Shown here piece by piece: positions 18,294-27,777 of a DNA stretch of 64,000 nt; within the stretch, counting starts at the first letter, position 1, and the number at the start of each line of letters is the position of its first letter. The translations under genes were made by a program, and so were the position numbers. The stretch spans positions 1 to 64,000 of the forward strand of contig CBDBIJ010000058.1 in the NCBI GenBank assembly GCA_965205655.1, in the 5' to 3' direction. This DNA is from Candidatus Latescibacterota bacterium. GTDB taxonomy: Bacteria; Latescibacterota; UBA2968; UBA8231. The notes under the pieces are model-generated. The model had not been told where the DNA came from, made no database searches, and saw only the letters and a list, made by a program, of their open reading frames with translations.

Positions 18294-19987
18294 CGATTCC
18301 GAATAAAGGCGCGGACGGGATGGGGTGTGAGGGTCCAGAGTCTGCCCAGCAGGCCCCAAACGAGCTCGTTCCTGCTGACCTGCTGCAGGCCACTCAGAAT
18401 CAGCTTCGGGTTCATCTGTCCCACAGTTGTCTCTTGAATGAGGTCCGCACGCTCTCGATTGCGGCGATGTCGCGCGCCGCCATAGGCAGGATAGAGAGAA
18501 TGAATCCAGGCGATGCCGGCGCGTTCGCTGAGGCCGAATTCGTACAGGCAGAACCGGATGCAGCGGTAGAGCACGAAGTCGACAGGCACGCCGGCGTCCC
18601 AGTACCACTCCTCATCGACGAACTGCCACTCGCCATCCCGCTCGACGATATTGGAAAAGACGCAGTCGTGCGCGCCGGCTCTCAACAGTGGAAACCCATC
18701 GTCATCCGAATCGGCTGTGGCCCAGTGTTTGACCAGCTCCTCGTGGTAGCGCACGAACAGAACTCTCGCCGCCGCCTCGAAATCGTCACCGAGTGAAAGA
18801 CGGAAAAGCTCGAAATCGAGCAGGTCACCAGGGTGCCACCTCGAGTCGGCCAGCCGCTGCTCGAGCCGGAGGCCGGGCAGATCGGTCACCGTCGTCGAGT
18901 TGCCATCGAGGGGCTCCTTGTCGATGCCGATCTCCGGCTCCACCACGAGCGTCGTGACGGATCGCAGTTCCAGGGGGCGCCGCATGTTGAACTTCTTCGC
19001 CGCCCATCGGGGCTCGGCGAGCGACGAACCGGGTCGAGCCGCCACCACCAGGAACGAGTTGGCGAATTGCCTCAACAGGCCCGCTCGCGCAAGAGTGCGG
19101 GCAGCGAGGCCCTCGTGGAAGGAATACTTGCGCATGCGGGCCAGTGATTTGAAGGGGTAGTCGATCCAATTGTGCAGGTAGAGGCCGGACTCGTCTCCCA
19201 CATCGCTGAATACGGTGGTTGCGAAATGGTAGTCCGGGAAGCAGAAGTAGAGCTGCGTTGAGGGCAGATTCGCCTCGACCAGGAGCTCTGCCAGCTCCCG
19301 GCGAGAGAAGGTAATCGGCGAGCGGCGCGCCGGATAGCCATGAATCCCGTCGTAGAGGCGCCCCGTGTGATCCTCCGCACACCCGCTCCAGTATTTCTCC
19401 CCGATCTTATTCTCGATGGCGAGGACGAGACGGCCATCTTCGGCGAGGCCGCTCGCCGCCCGCTCGAGAAAGGCGACACAGGCGGCGCGCGGATCGGCGC
19501 TGTCCGAAAACATGACAGGCGCGTACTCGAGCACCCCGACCACGACGACGACGTCGTACACGGGTTCGAGTTCGACGTATCTGAGATCCGCCGCCGTTAC
19601 AGTGACATTGTCGAGGTCCCGGCAGCGCTCGCGCCCGATACGGGCCCGGTCCGGGTTGCCCTCGATGGCGTCCACGGAGGAGAAATTCTCGCCGAGATAG
19701 CGAGTGATGGCACCGCACCCTGCGCCGATCTCGAGCACCCGAGCCTGTGAGGGCAGGTCGAGGCATCTGATGATGACGCTGCGGCCGACACCGAGGTGAT
19801 AGTAGGAGGGCCAGTTCTTGACCGACCCCATCAGCTCGTCGGAGTCGGCGCTCACATCGGTGGCAGACCGCAGGGCGTCCAGAACATACTGCTCGGGAAT
19901 CCGGCCGTCGGTGTAGGCGACAGCCGATTCGGCCGTCACGTGAATGCCGGCTCCCGGCGGGCGGGTGGTCGCGCGTTCGTCTTTCAT
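18287..19987 (-). CDS. Class I SAM-dependent methyltransferase of the type found in glycan loci
   Basis: YTDG...YHL, VLEIGAGCGAITRYL, VGVLEYA, LAIENKIGEKYWSGCAEDH and FPDY. The start is uncertain (ATG 19987, though the ORF is open to 20215). Confidence 0.8.
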   Translation of the reverse strand: MKDERATTRPPGAGIHVTAESAVAYTDGRIPEQYVLDALRSATDVSADSDELMGSVKNWPSYYHLGVGRSVIIRCLDLPSQARVLEIGAGCGAITRYLGENFSSVDAIEGNPDRARIGRERCRDLDNVTVTAADLRYVELEPVYDVVVVVGVLEYAPVMFSDSADPRAACVAFLERAASGLAEDGRLVLAIENKIGEKYWSGCAEDHTGRLYDGIHGYPARRSPITFSRRELAELLVEANLPSTQLYFCFPDYHFATTVFSDVGDESGLYLHNWIDYPFKSLARMRKYSFHEGLAARTLARAGLLRQFANSFLVVAARPGSSLAEPRWAAKKFNMRRPLELRSVTTLVVEPEIGIDKEPLDGNSTTVTDLPGLRLEQRLADSRWHPGDLLDFELFRLSLGDDFEAAARVLFVRYHEELVKHWATADSDDDGFPLLRAGAHDCVFSNIVERDGEWQFVDEEWYWDAGVPVDFVLYRCIRFCLYEFGLSERAGIAWIHSLYPAYGGARHRRNRERADLIQETTVGQMNPKLILSGLQQVSRNELVWGLLGRLWTLTPHPVRAFIRNRL

Positions 19988-20221
19988 CGGAGGGTAGCCA
20001 GAGTAAGGGGCCAGTCGTCTAATATGCTTAATATACGAGGGAATCCTCGCGACAATGGGGCCCCCGACGGGCCCCCCGACTCTTGGCCATTGAATATCCG
20101 GATCGAGGTGCTCGAACGCGGTGAGTGGCGAAGTGGTCGAAACCAGCCGGGCGCCTCCATTGGGGCCGGACCCAGCGGCGGCGGAGAGTCCTTGGAATTC
20201 CCGATGAGGTTGCATAACTTC

Positions 20222-20250
20222 TTGACATTACTGATAGTTTAGCTTATCAA
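20222..20250 (+). promoter_or_regulatory. sigma70-type promoter for surface protein A
   Basis: TTGACA (20222-20227), 17-nt spacer, TATCAA (20245-20250). Confidence 0.5.
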
Positions 20251-20264
20251 GGATCGATCGATCG

Positions 20265-23200
20265 GTGCCCAAACCAGCGATCTTTTTCCCCCTGTCCCAA
20301 CACCTGCGAGTACGCCTCGCCATCCCGGTGCGTCGACTCCACTTTCTTCCCATCCTCGCCCTTTCGTTGCAGCTCCAGGTCTCTGAAACCGGCGCCCTGA
20401 AGTTCTACGTCGACGGCGACTCCACGCGCGGCGATGACCGGCGCAGCGTCAAATCGGGGCAAGATCCCGACACGCCGTTTCGCTCCATCGCCCAGGCCTT
20501 CGCCGTCGCTCACCAGATAACCGAAGGGCGTCCCCACATCATCCAGATCGCCGCGGGGACGTATCGGCACGGTACGAATGGGGAGCGCTTTCCCCTCGTC
20601 GTGTCCCAGCCCGACATCTTCTTTCAGACCGACGGCGGATCGGTGCGGTTCGAAGGCGCGGGTGCCCACAAGTTCTTCGAGCTCTCAAATCTCGGCGACG
20701 AGTTTCTGATTAAGGGGATCGAGTTCCGCAACGGTTTCGGCGACCGCGGCGCGATCGCGTCGTGCGAGGCGTGTTCCCTGCGTGTGACCGACAACCGATT
20801 CTTTTTCAACAAGGCGACCGAGTCCGGCCACATCGTCTACGTGAAGGACGGACGGCTCGCCTTCGTCAACAACGTCGTCTCCGAGAACGGGACCACGCCC
20901 GGCGAGGCCGTTCCGGCGATAGCGATTCACAACGAGTTCTCAGACACCAGCGATCCGAGCCAGCGCGATATCATTCGCAACAACTCCTTCTACGAAAACG
21001 ACGGGCCCGCGATCCTGTCCTCCGGCAACGGGGTAGATATCAACAGCAACATTTTCGTCGAAGGGGTCGACCCGGTGGTTGCGGATCAGTCGACGACCGT
21101 CGATCCGCTCCTTCGCTACAACATTTTCTGGGACACAGACATCCTTCTCGTCGACGACGACGCCGACAGCATCAAGGTGCTGCGCACGATCATCGACACG
21201 CTGGAGCAGGCGCCGGCCGTGTTCATTGTCCCAGACATCGTGCCCGACTCGCCGGATACGCTGCTGCTCATCGGAGAGACACACGACTTCTTCATCGACG
21301 TGGGGGCTTACAGGGAATTCTACGGGTTCGAGGCGCTGGAAATTCCGGCCGGAGTGGACGAGGACACGGTGAACGTGGCCGGCCGCGTCAGGTGGACGCC
21401 GGCGATTGCCGATACCGGACGTTACCAGATTCGGGTCAACGTCAAGGACCCCTCGAAGATCGACCACCTTCTCAGCTATCCGCTTCGGGTTGCCGAAACC
21501 GAACCGGGCACGACACCCAAGCCGCCTGTCCTGCAGTTCTCCTTTATGCCGGACACGACCGGCGCCATTGACGACCTCAACGCGCTGGACCCGCTGTTCT
21601 CAACGGCCGCCAGCGCCGGCTCCAACCAGTACGCCGACCCGGAGTTGCTCAGCCCCGCATCCCCCTTCAGGAACTTCATCCTGAACGGAACCTCGCCGGC
21701 AATAGACGGCGGCTATCCGGTGGTAGCTCTCGACGATATCAACAACACTCCGAACGATGTCGGTAGCACCGGCGGACCGGCGAATGCGGGAAATCAGGCA
21801 TCCGGCGCATACGACGAGCTCGAGATCACGTCTCTGCCGGACACCGTGGCGAAGGGCGGCCAGACCTACGTCTTCGACGTCACGACGAGCCAGCTGACGA
21901 CGATCCAGCGGGTGGACGTCCTGCAGGGACCGGCCACCATGGCATCGGTTTTCAACGGAGAGCGACCACCGATCGAGTGGGTGCCGACGATCGCCGATAC
22001 GGGCAGTTTTCTCGTCGGCATTTTCGTCACCGGCACGAACGTGGAGGGCAGGCAGTACTTCAGCCTCCGCATCAAGCCGGAGAATGAGGCGCCGCTCGTC
22101 ACCAGCACTCCCGTCACGAGCACCCTCGAGGACGCGGCCTACAGCTACCCGGTGCTGGCTACCGACGCCGATGGGGACAGCTTCACCTTCAGTCTCATCA
22201 GCGGTCCCGAGGGGGTTGCCGTGGACGCCGGCGGGGTGGTCAGCTGGACTCCAACCCAGAGTGATGTGGGAGCGGCGACGGTAGAGGTGCAGATCCTGGA
22301 CGCGAGGGGCGCAACGACGATCCACAGCTACACGCTCACCGTCCTGAACGTAAATGATCCCCCATCCATCACGAGCACGCCTCTTCTGGCGGCTACGGAG
22401 GACGAGGCGTACGAGTATCAGATCGCCGTCAGCGACCCGGATCCGGCCGACGATCCGACCTACTCTCTGCTGACGGCGCCGGCGGGGATGACGATAGACG
22501 GCCAGGGCCTGCTGACGTGGACGCCGCAACAAGGAGACGTAGGCAACAATTCCATTCAGATCGAGGTAAGGGACCAGGAAGGCGACACCGCCGTCCAATC
22601 CTTCGATATCGAGGTCGGCGAAGTGGACGATGCGCCGGTTATTTCCAGCGACCCCGTCACGGTGGCACTCGAGGACGCGCTCTACAGCTACGATGTCGTC
22701 GCCGCCGACGAGGAAAGCAGCTCCGTCAGCTACTCATTGGCGGGTCCGCAGGGGCTGACCATCGACGCGGGCGGCCGCATTGAGTGGACGCCGACCGTGG
22801 CGGATACGGGCTCCCATACCGTGACCATCACCGTCACCGATTCGTCGGGAGCCAGCGCCGACCAAGCCTACCAGCTCGAGGTCCAGGCGGTGAATGACGC
22901 GCCTTTCATCGCCCAGCAGAGCCCGGCCGACTCCCTCGTCATAGCCGCGGCGGGAACGTCCCAGACGTTGAGTGTCACGGCGAGTGACGAGGAGGGGGAT
23001 CAGCTGGCCTATACCTGGCTGGTGAACGGTTCGGAGCAGGCTGCGGAGACGACTGCTTCACTGTCTCACACAGTGAGTGCGGAAACCGTCGACACGGTGC
23101 AGGTCCACGTCAACGACGGCATCGACACGACCTCCGTCGTCTGGGTCGTCGACGGGCGCCTCATTCCGAGGATCGTGGTGGATGTGGACACGGTGGCCTT

Positions 23201-24818
23201 CGGGTCCGTCGATCTCGGTGAGGAGGGCCTCGTTGTGCTTGGTGTCGACAACGGCGGCCAGCAGGACCTCGAAATATCCGACCTGCAGCTGCCGGACCTC
23301 CAGTTCTCGGCACTGTTCGGAACGAGCACGCTCACGGCGGGAAGCGCGACGACTCTCGAGCTCCGCTTCGCACCGACGGGGCGCGGGGTGCGCGAAACGA
23401 CGCTGTCCTTTGCTACCAACGATCCCGATCGCGGCTCGGTGTCGATTCCAATGACGGCGACCGCGACCGTTCCGACCCGCCTCACCCTCGACCTCGATCC
23501 GAGTGCCGGAGACCAGGCCGCCGTCGACCAGACAGCCGCCGCGGGTCAGCAGATCGAGCTTTCGGTGTACGCCACCGAAGCGCTCCTACTTATAGAGTAC
23601 GGTTTCACCCTCGAGTACGACCCCGCACAGATCAGTTTCGACGAGTTCCAGCTCAGCAACGCCGACGAGAATCTGCTAGAAGCTGGCGGCTCCTCCCCGG
23701 TGCCAACCGTGGCAATGCCGACGGCATCGACCGTCGACATCAGGGTGGCGTCTCAGGCCGGGGCATCAGGCGTGGATGGCGACGGGCTACTGGGGACCTT
23801 CTCCCTCACGGTAGGCGCGAGCTTTGCCACCGGAGATGTCGCTCAGCTGCGATTGCTTTCCGTCCGTCTGCTCAGTGCGGACCAGGGCGCCGACGATGTT
23901 CTCGATGGAGAGTTGAGCGCACAGATCTCGGCGCCCGTCCTGCGCGGAGATTTCGACGGCGACAACGTCGTCGGCTTGAGCGACTTCTTCAAGTTCGGAG
24001 ATCACTTCGGATCGACAAACCCGCTGTACGATCTCGACGGCAGTGGATTCGTCGACCTGGACGACTTCTTCGAGTTCGCCGACCTCTTCGGCACGACACT
24101 CGGAAAGCGCCTTCTGCCGCCACGCGCTCCCATCGCAGAGAGGCAGCTGTTCGAGCTCGCGACCGATACAGATATAGCGGATCAAGTTGTCCTTTGTTTC
24201 ACCACCGTCTCCGGGGCTGCTGCGCTCGATGGCTTCGCCGTCATCATGGAGACCGATCCGGATATCCTCAGGTTTCGCGACTTCGTCCCTGAGCAATCGT
24301 CTGAGCCGCTCATCTGGCTGCCGGTGAACGGGGAATCGGGTCGGGTCGCTCTCGCCGTTTCGGCTGCCGGCGACCGGGGTAGCTTGGCGAGCGAGGACAA
24401 CGGGGACATGGGTAAGGCAGTCTTCGAGCGGCGCTCCTCGCAGGCCACCACCATCCGCCTGGAAACCAGCCTCGGGCATGTCGATGGGATCACGGAAAGA
24501 GCCTGGCTGCCGCCGGCGATCGAGGTCGAACCGCTGCCGACCCTGTACGCTCTCTACCCGGCGTATCCGAACCCCTTCAACCCCGAGACGACCATCTCTT
24601 TCTTTCTGCCAAAAAAGACCCGCGTCTCACTGCGAGTCTACGACCTGCTCGGTCGGCCTGTGCAAACGCTTTTGGCGGAGAGCCTGAGGCCGGGCAGGCA
24701 TCGGATCCGCTGGAAAGGCCTGGACCAGGAGGGACGAGCGGTCGGCACGGGGCTTTATCTCGTCCAGTTGCGGACTCCGGACTTTGTCGACGTATCTAAA
24801 GTGCTGTTAATTCAATAG
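20265..24818 (+). CDS. Giant secreted protein A: DUF1565/beta-helix, tandem putative-Ig (cadherin-like) repeats, ASH-type Ig, cohesin-like, dockerin-like EF-hand pair, cohesin-like, FlgD/T9SS-like CTD
   Basis: FYVDG...PFRSIAQA...IAAGTY...GERFP; repeated NDAP.ITSTP...ED..Y.Y...WTP; GDFDGDNVVGLSDFF...DLDGSGFVDLDDFF; AYPNPFNPETTISF...VYDLLGR...KVLLIQ. True start uncertain. Confidence 0.85.
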   Translation: MPKPAIFFPLSQHLRVRLAIPVRRLHFLPILALSLQLQVSETGALKFYVDGDSTRGDDRRSVKSGQDPDTPFRSIAQAFAVAHQITEGRPHIIQIAAGTYRHGTNGERFPLVVSQPDIFFQTDGGSVRFEGAGAHKFFELSNLGDEFLIKGIEFRNGFGDRGAIASCEACSLRVTDNRFFFNKATESGHIVYVKDGRLAFVNNVVSENGTTPGEAVPAIAIHNEFSDTSDPSQRDIIRNNSFYENDGPAILSSGNGVDINSNIFVEGVDPVVADQSTTVDPLLRYNIFWDTDILLVDDDADSIKVLRTIIDTLEQAPAVFIVPDIVPDSPDTLLLIGETHDFFIDVGAYREFYGFEALEIPAGVDEDTVNVAGRVRWTPAIADTGRYQIRVNVKDPSKIDHLLSYPLRVAETEPGTTPKPPVLQFSFMPDTTGAIDDLNALDPLFSTAASAGSNQYADPELLSPASPFRNFILNGTSPAIDGGYPVVALDDINNTPNDVGSTGGPANAGNQASGAYDELEITSLPDTVAKGGQTYVFDVTTSQLTTIQRVDVLQGPATMASVFNGERPPIEWVPTIADTGSFLVGIFVTGTNVEGRQYFSLRIKPENEAPLVTSTPVTSTLEDAAYSYPVLATDADGDSFTFSLISGPEGVAVDAGGVVSWTPTQSDVGAATVEVQILDARGATTIHSYTLTVLNVNDPPSITSTPLLAATEDEAYEYQIAVSDPDPADDPTYSLLTAPAGMTIDGQGLLTWTPQQGDVGNNSIQIEVRDQEGDTAVQSFDIEVGEVDDAPVISSDPVTVALEDALYSYDVVAADEESSSVSYSLAGPQGLTIDAGGRIEWTPTVADTGSHTVTITVTDSSGASADQAYQLEVQAVNDAPFIAQQSPADSLVIAAAGTSQTLSVTASDEEGDQLAYTWLVNGSEQAAETTASLSHTVSAETVDTVQVHVNDGIDTTSVVWVVDGRLIPRIVVDVDTVAFGSVDLGEEGLVVLGVDNGGQQDLEISDLQLPDLQFSALFGTSTLTAGSATTLELRFAPTGRGVRETTLSFATNDPDRGSVSIPMTATATVPTRLTLDLDPSAGDQAAVDQTAAAGQQIELSVYATEALLLIEYGFTLEYDPAQISFDEFQLSNADENLLEAGGSSPVPTVAMPTASTVDIRVASQAGASGVDGDGLLGTFSLTVGASFATGDVAQLRLLSVRLLSADQGADDVLDGELSAQISAPVLRGDFDGDNVVGLSDFFKFGDHFGSTNPLYDLDGSGFVDLDDFFEFADLFGTTLGKRLLPPRAPIAERQLFELATDTDIADQVVLCFTTVSGAAALDGFAVIMETDPDILRFRDFVPEQSSEPLIWLPVNGESGRVALAVSAAGDRGSLASEDNGDMGKAVFERRSSQATTIRLETSLGHVDGITERAWLPPAIEVEPLPTLYALYPAYPNPFNPETTISFFLPKKTRVSLRVYDLLGRPVQTLLAESLRPGRHRIRWKGLDQEGRAVGTGLYLVQLRTPDFVDVSKVLLIQ

Positions 24819-25003
24819 ATTGGAACTGTATCATCAAGATGAATGTCGATGAAACCGATGAGCCGGGACACGGAGCCCCGCGCCGCCCGAGGCGATTTAC
24901 ACCGCATGCCGGCAGGCGATCGGGGGTTCACTTGTATGTGGTTGTAATTATTTGTGTTACCTGGAATGTCGGGGCCGCGAGGTGCAGAATCTATCAGGCC
25001 CGG

Positions 25004-25047
25004 AAAAGGAATTATCCTTTTTTTCAAACGGTGACAGCTGTCACCGT
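25004..25047. promoter_or_regulatory. Two adjacent palindromes, possibly operator or REP-like sites
   Basis: AAAAGGA-ATTA-TCCTTTT (25004-25021) and a perfect 20-bp ACGGTGACAGCTGTCACCGT (25028-25047). Confidence 0.5.
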
Positions 25048-25163
25048 ATCACGCCGCTCGGGCCGGTATAATTACTCGAAGATTCTGGGGCGGGCCAGGG
25101 GCCTTCCAGAAAACCGATGACGGCGTTTGCGGGCCGTCATCGAGATGGGAATAACCTCTGTTG

Positions 25164-25420
25164 GGGGTAACCATTTAACCGGACTACCTCACGGCGTCAA
25201 TCTGGCGTTCAGCGGACCTCCACGGTCGTTTCGCTCGCGGGCGCTTCAGGCTCGTGGGATGGCCTCGCCGTTTGGGCGGCACGGGGGGCATCTTCTTCGG
25301 TCGTTGGCTGGCAATGAGATCCTCATAGCGCATCGGCTCGTGGGCGACGGCCAGTTCGAGCACTCGGTAAAACACCATGCCACGGCTGCGGGAGCGGCGG
25401 CGGTTGAAGCGGAACACATA
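25164..25420 (-). mobile_element. Remnant of an IS1595-family element (transposase C-terminus plus one end)
   Basis: Minus strand reads YVFRFNRRRSRSRGMVFYRVLELAVAHEPMRYEDL to the stop at 25184. End-like sequence GGGGTAACCATTTAACCGG lies at 25164-25182. Confidence 0.7.
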
Positions 25421-25476
25421 CTTGACATAGCAAGCTCCATTGCGTATCTCTGTAAGTGGTTGGAGGAGTTGAGTAT

Positions 25477-26424
25477 ATGGCAAATCAAGCCCCTGGCAAA
25501 CACTACCGAGAAGGCATCGCCCCCACCGAGTTGTTCCGAATGTTCCCGGACGACCGGATGGCGGAAAAGTGGTTCGAGGATCAGCGTTGGGCCAGCGGTT
25601 TGGCTTGCCCGCGATGCGGATGCTGCGATCAGTGCAAGGAAGCCCCGAAGCGCAAGCCGATGCCCTACTGGTGCGGGGTTTGTCGGAAACATTTCAGCGT
25701 CCGTACGGGCACCGTCATGGAGCGGTCGAAGATCCCCTTGCAAGAAATGGGTGGTGGGAATTTTCTTGCACCTGTAGAGCCTGAAAGGAGTCTCCAGCAT
25801 GAAGCTCCACCGGGACTTGAAGATTACGCAGAAATCGGCGTGGTTCATGCTCCACCGCATCCGGGAAGCCTACGAGAAGCCCGAATCACCGCTGGCTGGC
25901 CCGGTGGAAATCGATGAAGCATATTTCGGCGGCAAGGAAGCTAGCAAGCACGCCGACAAGAAGCTCAACGCAGGTCGAGGCGCACTGTCGGAAAAACGGC
26001 GGTCGCTGGCGTGAAGGACCGGAAAACCAAGCAGGTGGCCGCAGCCGTAGTGCCGGATACTCGCACCGACACATTGCAGGAATTCGCCAAGCGGGACATA
26101 CAGGAGGGCGCAACGCTCTACAGCGACGACGCCACAGCCTACTCCGACTTTGATTTCGTTACCCGCCACGAATCGGTCAAGCATTCGGTCGGTGAATATG
26201 TCAGAGGGCAAGCTCATACTAATGGCATGGAGAGCTTCTGGGCCATGATGAAGCGGGGATTTCACGGTACCTATCACCGCATGAGCGTAAAGCAACTGCA
26301 CCGCTACGTGCAGGAGTTCGCCGGTCGCCATAATATCCGCGAGAAGGACACCATCGAGCAGATGCAACGGCTTTTCGCCGGTATGGTCGGAAAAAGGCTT
26401 ATGTATCAGGAACTGGTATCATGA
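25477..26424 (+). CDS. IS1595 transposase with two frameshifts (~25745, ~25985)
   Basis: Zn ribbon CPRCG...WCGVCRKHFSVRTGT; KSAWFMLHRIRE; VEIDEAYFGG; YSDD; HTNGMESFW; YVQEFAGRHN. Confidence 0.88.
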
Positions 26425-27156
26425 GCCGGACCGAATTACAGCAGGCCGTTATTGAATGCCAAGACAACTTGGAATTCATGGCCGGCTTAGATGATGGAGT
26501 TTCCAAGCTCATCGTCACATCGCCCCCCTACAACCTCGGGAAGTCGTACGAGTCTTCCAGGGAATCCTTACAGGTAGGCAACTATGTCGAAAACGGCGAG
26601 ATCGTCCCTTTGGATACGTTTCTGTATCCTGTCTTTATTTCGCAAAGATTGAAGCTGAGAAATAGAATCGTTTGGCACTTTGGACATGGCTTGCACTGTA
26701 CCCGTCTATTGTCGGGGAGATACGAGACCATAAATTGGTGGACCAAGGGAGACGATTACACGTGGAATCTCAATCCTATTCCGTGTTCCACCTAAATATC
26801 CAGGGAAAAAACACTTCAAGGGTGCAAAAGCAGGACAGTTGTCTTGCAATCCTAAAGGCAAAAATCCATCCGGCGTTTGGATGATTCCCAATGTAAAAAG
26901 CAATCACCCCGAGAAGACTAGTCATCCCTGCCAGTTTCCCGTTGAATTGGTGGAACGCCTCGTCTTGTCAATGACGAACAAGAGCGATAAGGTGTTCGAC
27001 CCCTACCTCGGAGTCGGGTCGTCTGGCTGCGACATAAAGGAGGATTACATTGCGATTGCATCTGAAAGAATTGACAGCCTGGAAGCGGGAACCTTGAAGG
27101 TGCGACCAATGGGCAAACCGATTTTCGGTCCATCATTACCAAGTGGCGGACACTAA
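26421..27156 (+). pseudogene. Decayed N4/N6 DNA methyltransferase (beta class)
   Basis: TSPPYN (motif IV) precedes HPCQFP and FDPYLGVGS (motif I). There is a frameshift near 26785 and apparent internal deletions after ESS and after GSS. Confidence 0.8.
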
Positions 27157-27331
27157 ATGCGCATCGTTTCTCGATGTATTGACGTTGGGATCGAGATTTT
27201 ACCCATGAAAGAACTTGAACGGCAAATGTCTTCAGGTGTCCCATGTTTCGAGCGCGGCCTGTTGAATGTCATTCGACAAGGCCGGGGAGTTCCAGCCGTT
27301 CCCCTTGTTCTTAGTGGGAGTTGCACCATGA
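27157..27331 (+). pseudogene. Fragment of a BglII/BstYI-family type II restriction endonuclease
   Basis: MRIVS is joined directly to IDVGIEILPMKEL..MSSGV..FE..L....RQGRGVPAVPLVL(VGVAP-stop), which resembles the C-terminus of this family. Most of the gene is missing. Confidence 0.65.
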
Positions 27332-27501
27332 CAGAGCCACTACCCGTTCCCGATCCGCCGCCGGGCGCTGATTTGGAAGTCTGGAATTCCATTCCCCCTG
27401 AAGTTCACGCCGAAGCTGCCCGTGTTGCCAGTAATTCCATGAACCTCCCGCCTAAGCCGAAGGCCAGCAAGGACGGCGAACCTGCTGAGACAAGTATATA
27501 A
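27328..27501 (+). CDS. Small Pro-rich hypothetical protein at the IS1595 right end
   Basis: GGGAG RBS, ATG 27328, 57 aa, with the stop inside the terminal repeat. Confidence 0.45.
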   Translation: MTEPLPVPDPPPGADLEVWNSIPPEVHAEAARVASNSMNLPPKPKASKDGEPAETSI

Positions 27502-27519
27502 TCCCCTAAGAAAAAGTGC

Positions 27520-27548
27520 TTGACACTCGCTTTTGATTTGTCTATCAT
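27520..27548 (+). promoter_or_regulatory. Near-consensus sigma70 promoter for surface protein B
   Basis: TTGACA (27520-27525), 17 nt, TATCAT (27543-27548), with an A-rich tract upstream. Confidence 0.75.
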
Positions 27549-27553
27549 TAGGC

Positions 27554-27770
27554 TTCCTCCATGGGAAGGTACGCCTATTTCATGCGCGATAGGGCCATGC
27601 TGGTCGGTCTGTTGCCAGAAAGGAGGAACGTGGTCAACCGGCGTTTCCAACGGTTGGTTAAGCAGGTTAGCGAGTTCTCACTACGGCGTAGGCTTACGAC
27701 ACGTTACGAGATGAATGCGTCACAGGACGACATTGCCAGAAACCTTCACGAGGTACTTACAGCTTAGGAG
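27554..27770 (+). ncRNA. Candidate structured 5' leader RNA
   Basis: Complementary pairs TTCCTCC/GGAGGAA, CATGG/CCATG, CCTAT/ATAGG, CTGGT/GCCAG, GGTCAACCG/CGGTTGGTT, CGTA/TACG and ACCT/AGGT lie between the promoter and the RBS. Confidence 0.45.
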
Positions 27771-27777
27771 AGATGAG

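Larger units (their letters stand above)
25418..27505 (+). mobile_element. IS1595-family element with passenger genes; left end clipped
   Basis: Left ATACTTGACATAGCAAG is inversely similar to right CCTGCTGAGACAAGTATATAATCCC. It encloses a transposase, methyltransferase, endonuclease fragment and small ORF. The cargo is visibly more AT-rich. Confidence 0.7.

Noticed and set aside
19988..20215. N-terminal extension of the methyltransferase ORF
   Set aside because: The translation is low-complexity and crosses an AT-rich, promoter-like stretch with a palindrome (20036-20049). More likely intergenic.
27554..27770. Cobalamin or c-di-GMP riboswitch in the gene B leader (GGGAAGG and GCCAGAAA are present)
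   Set aside because: Other core elements (GCCACTG, CCCGCAACTG; GCAAA/GACGCAAAGC) are absent. Kept only as an unclassified structured leader.
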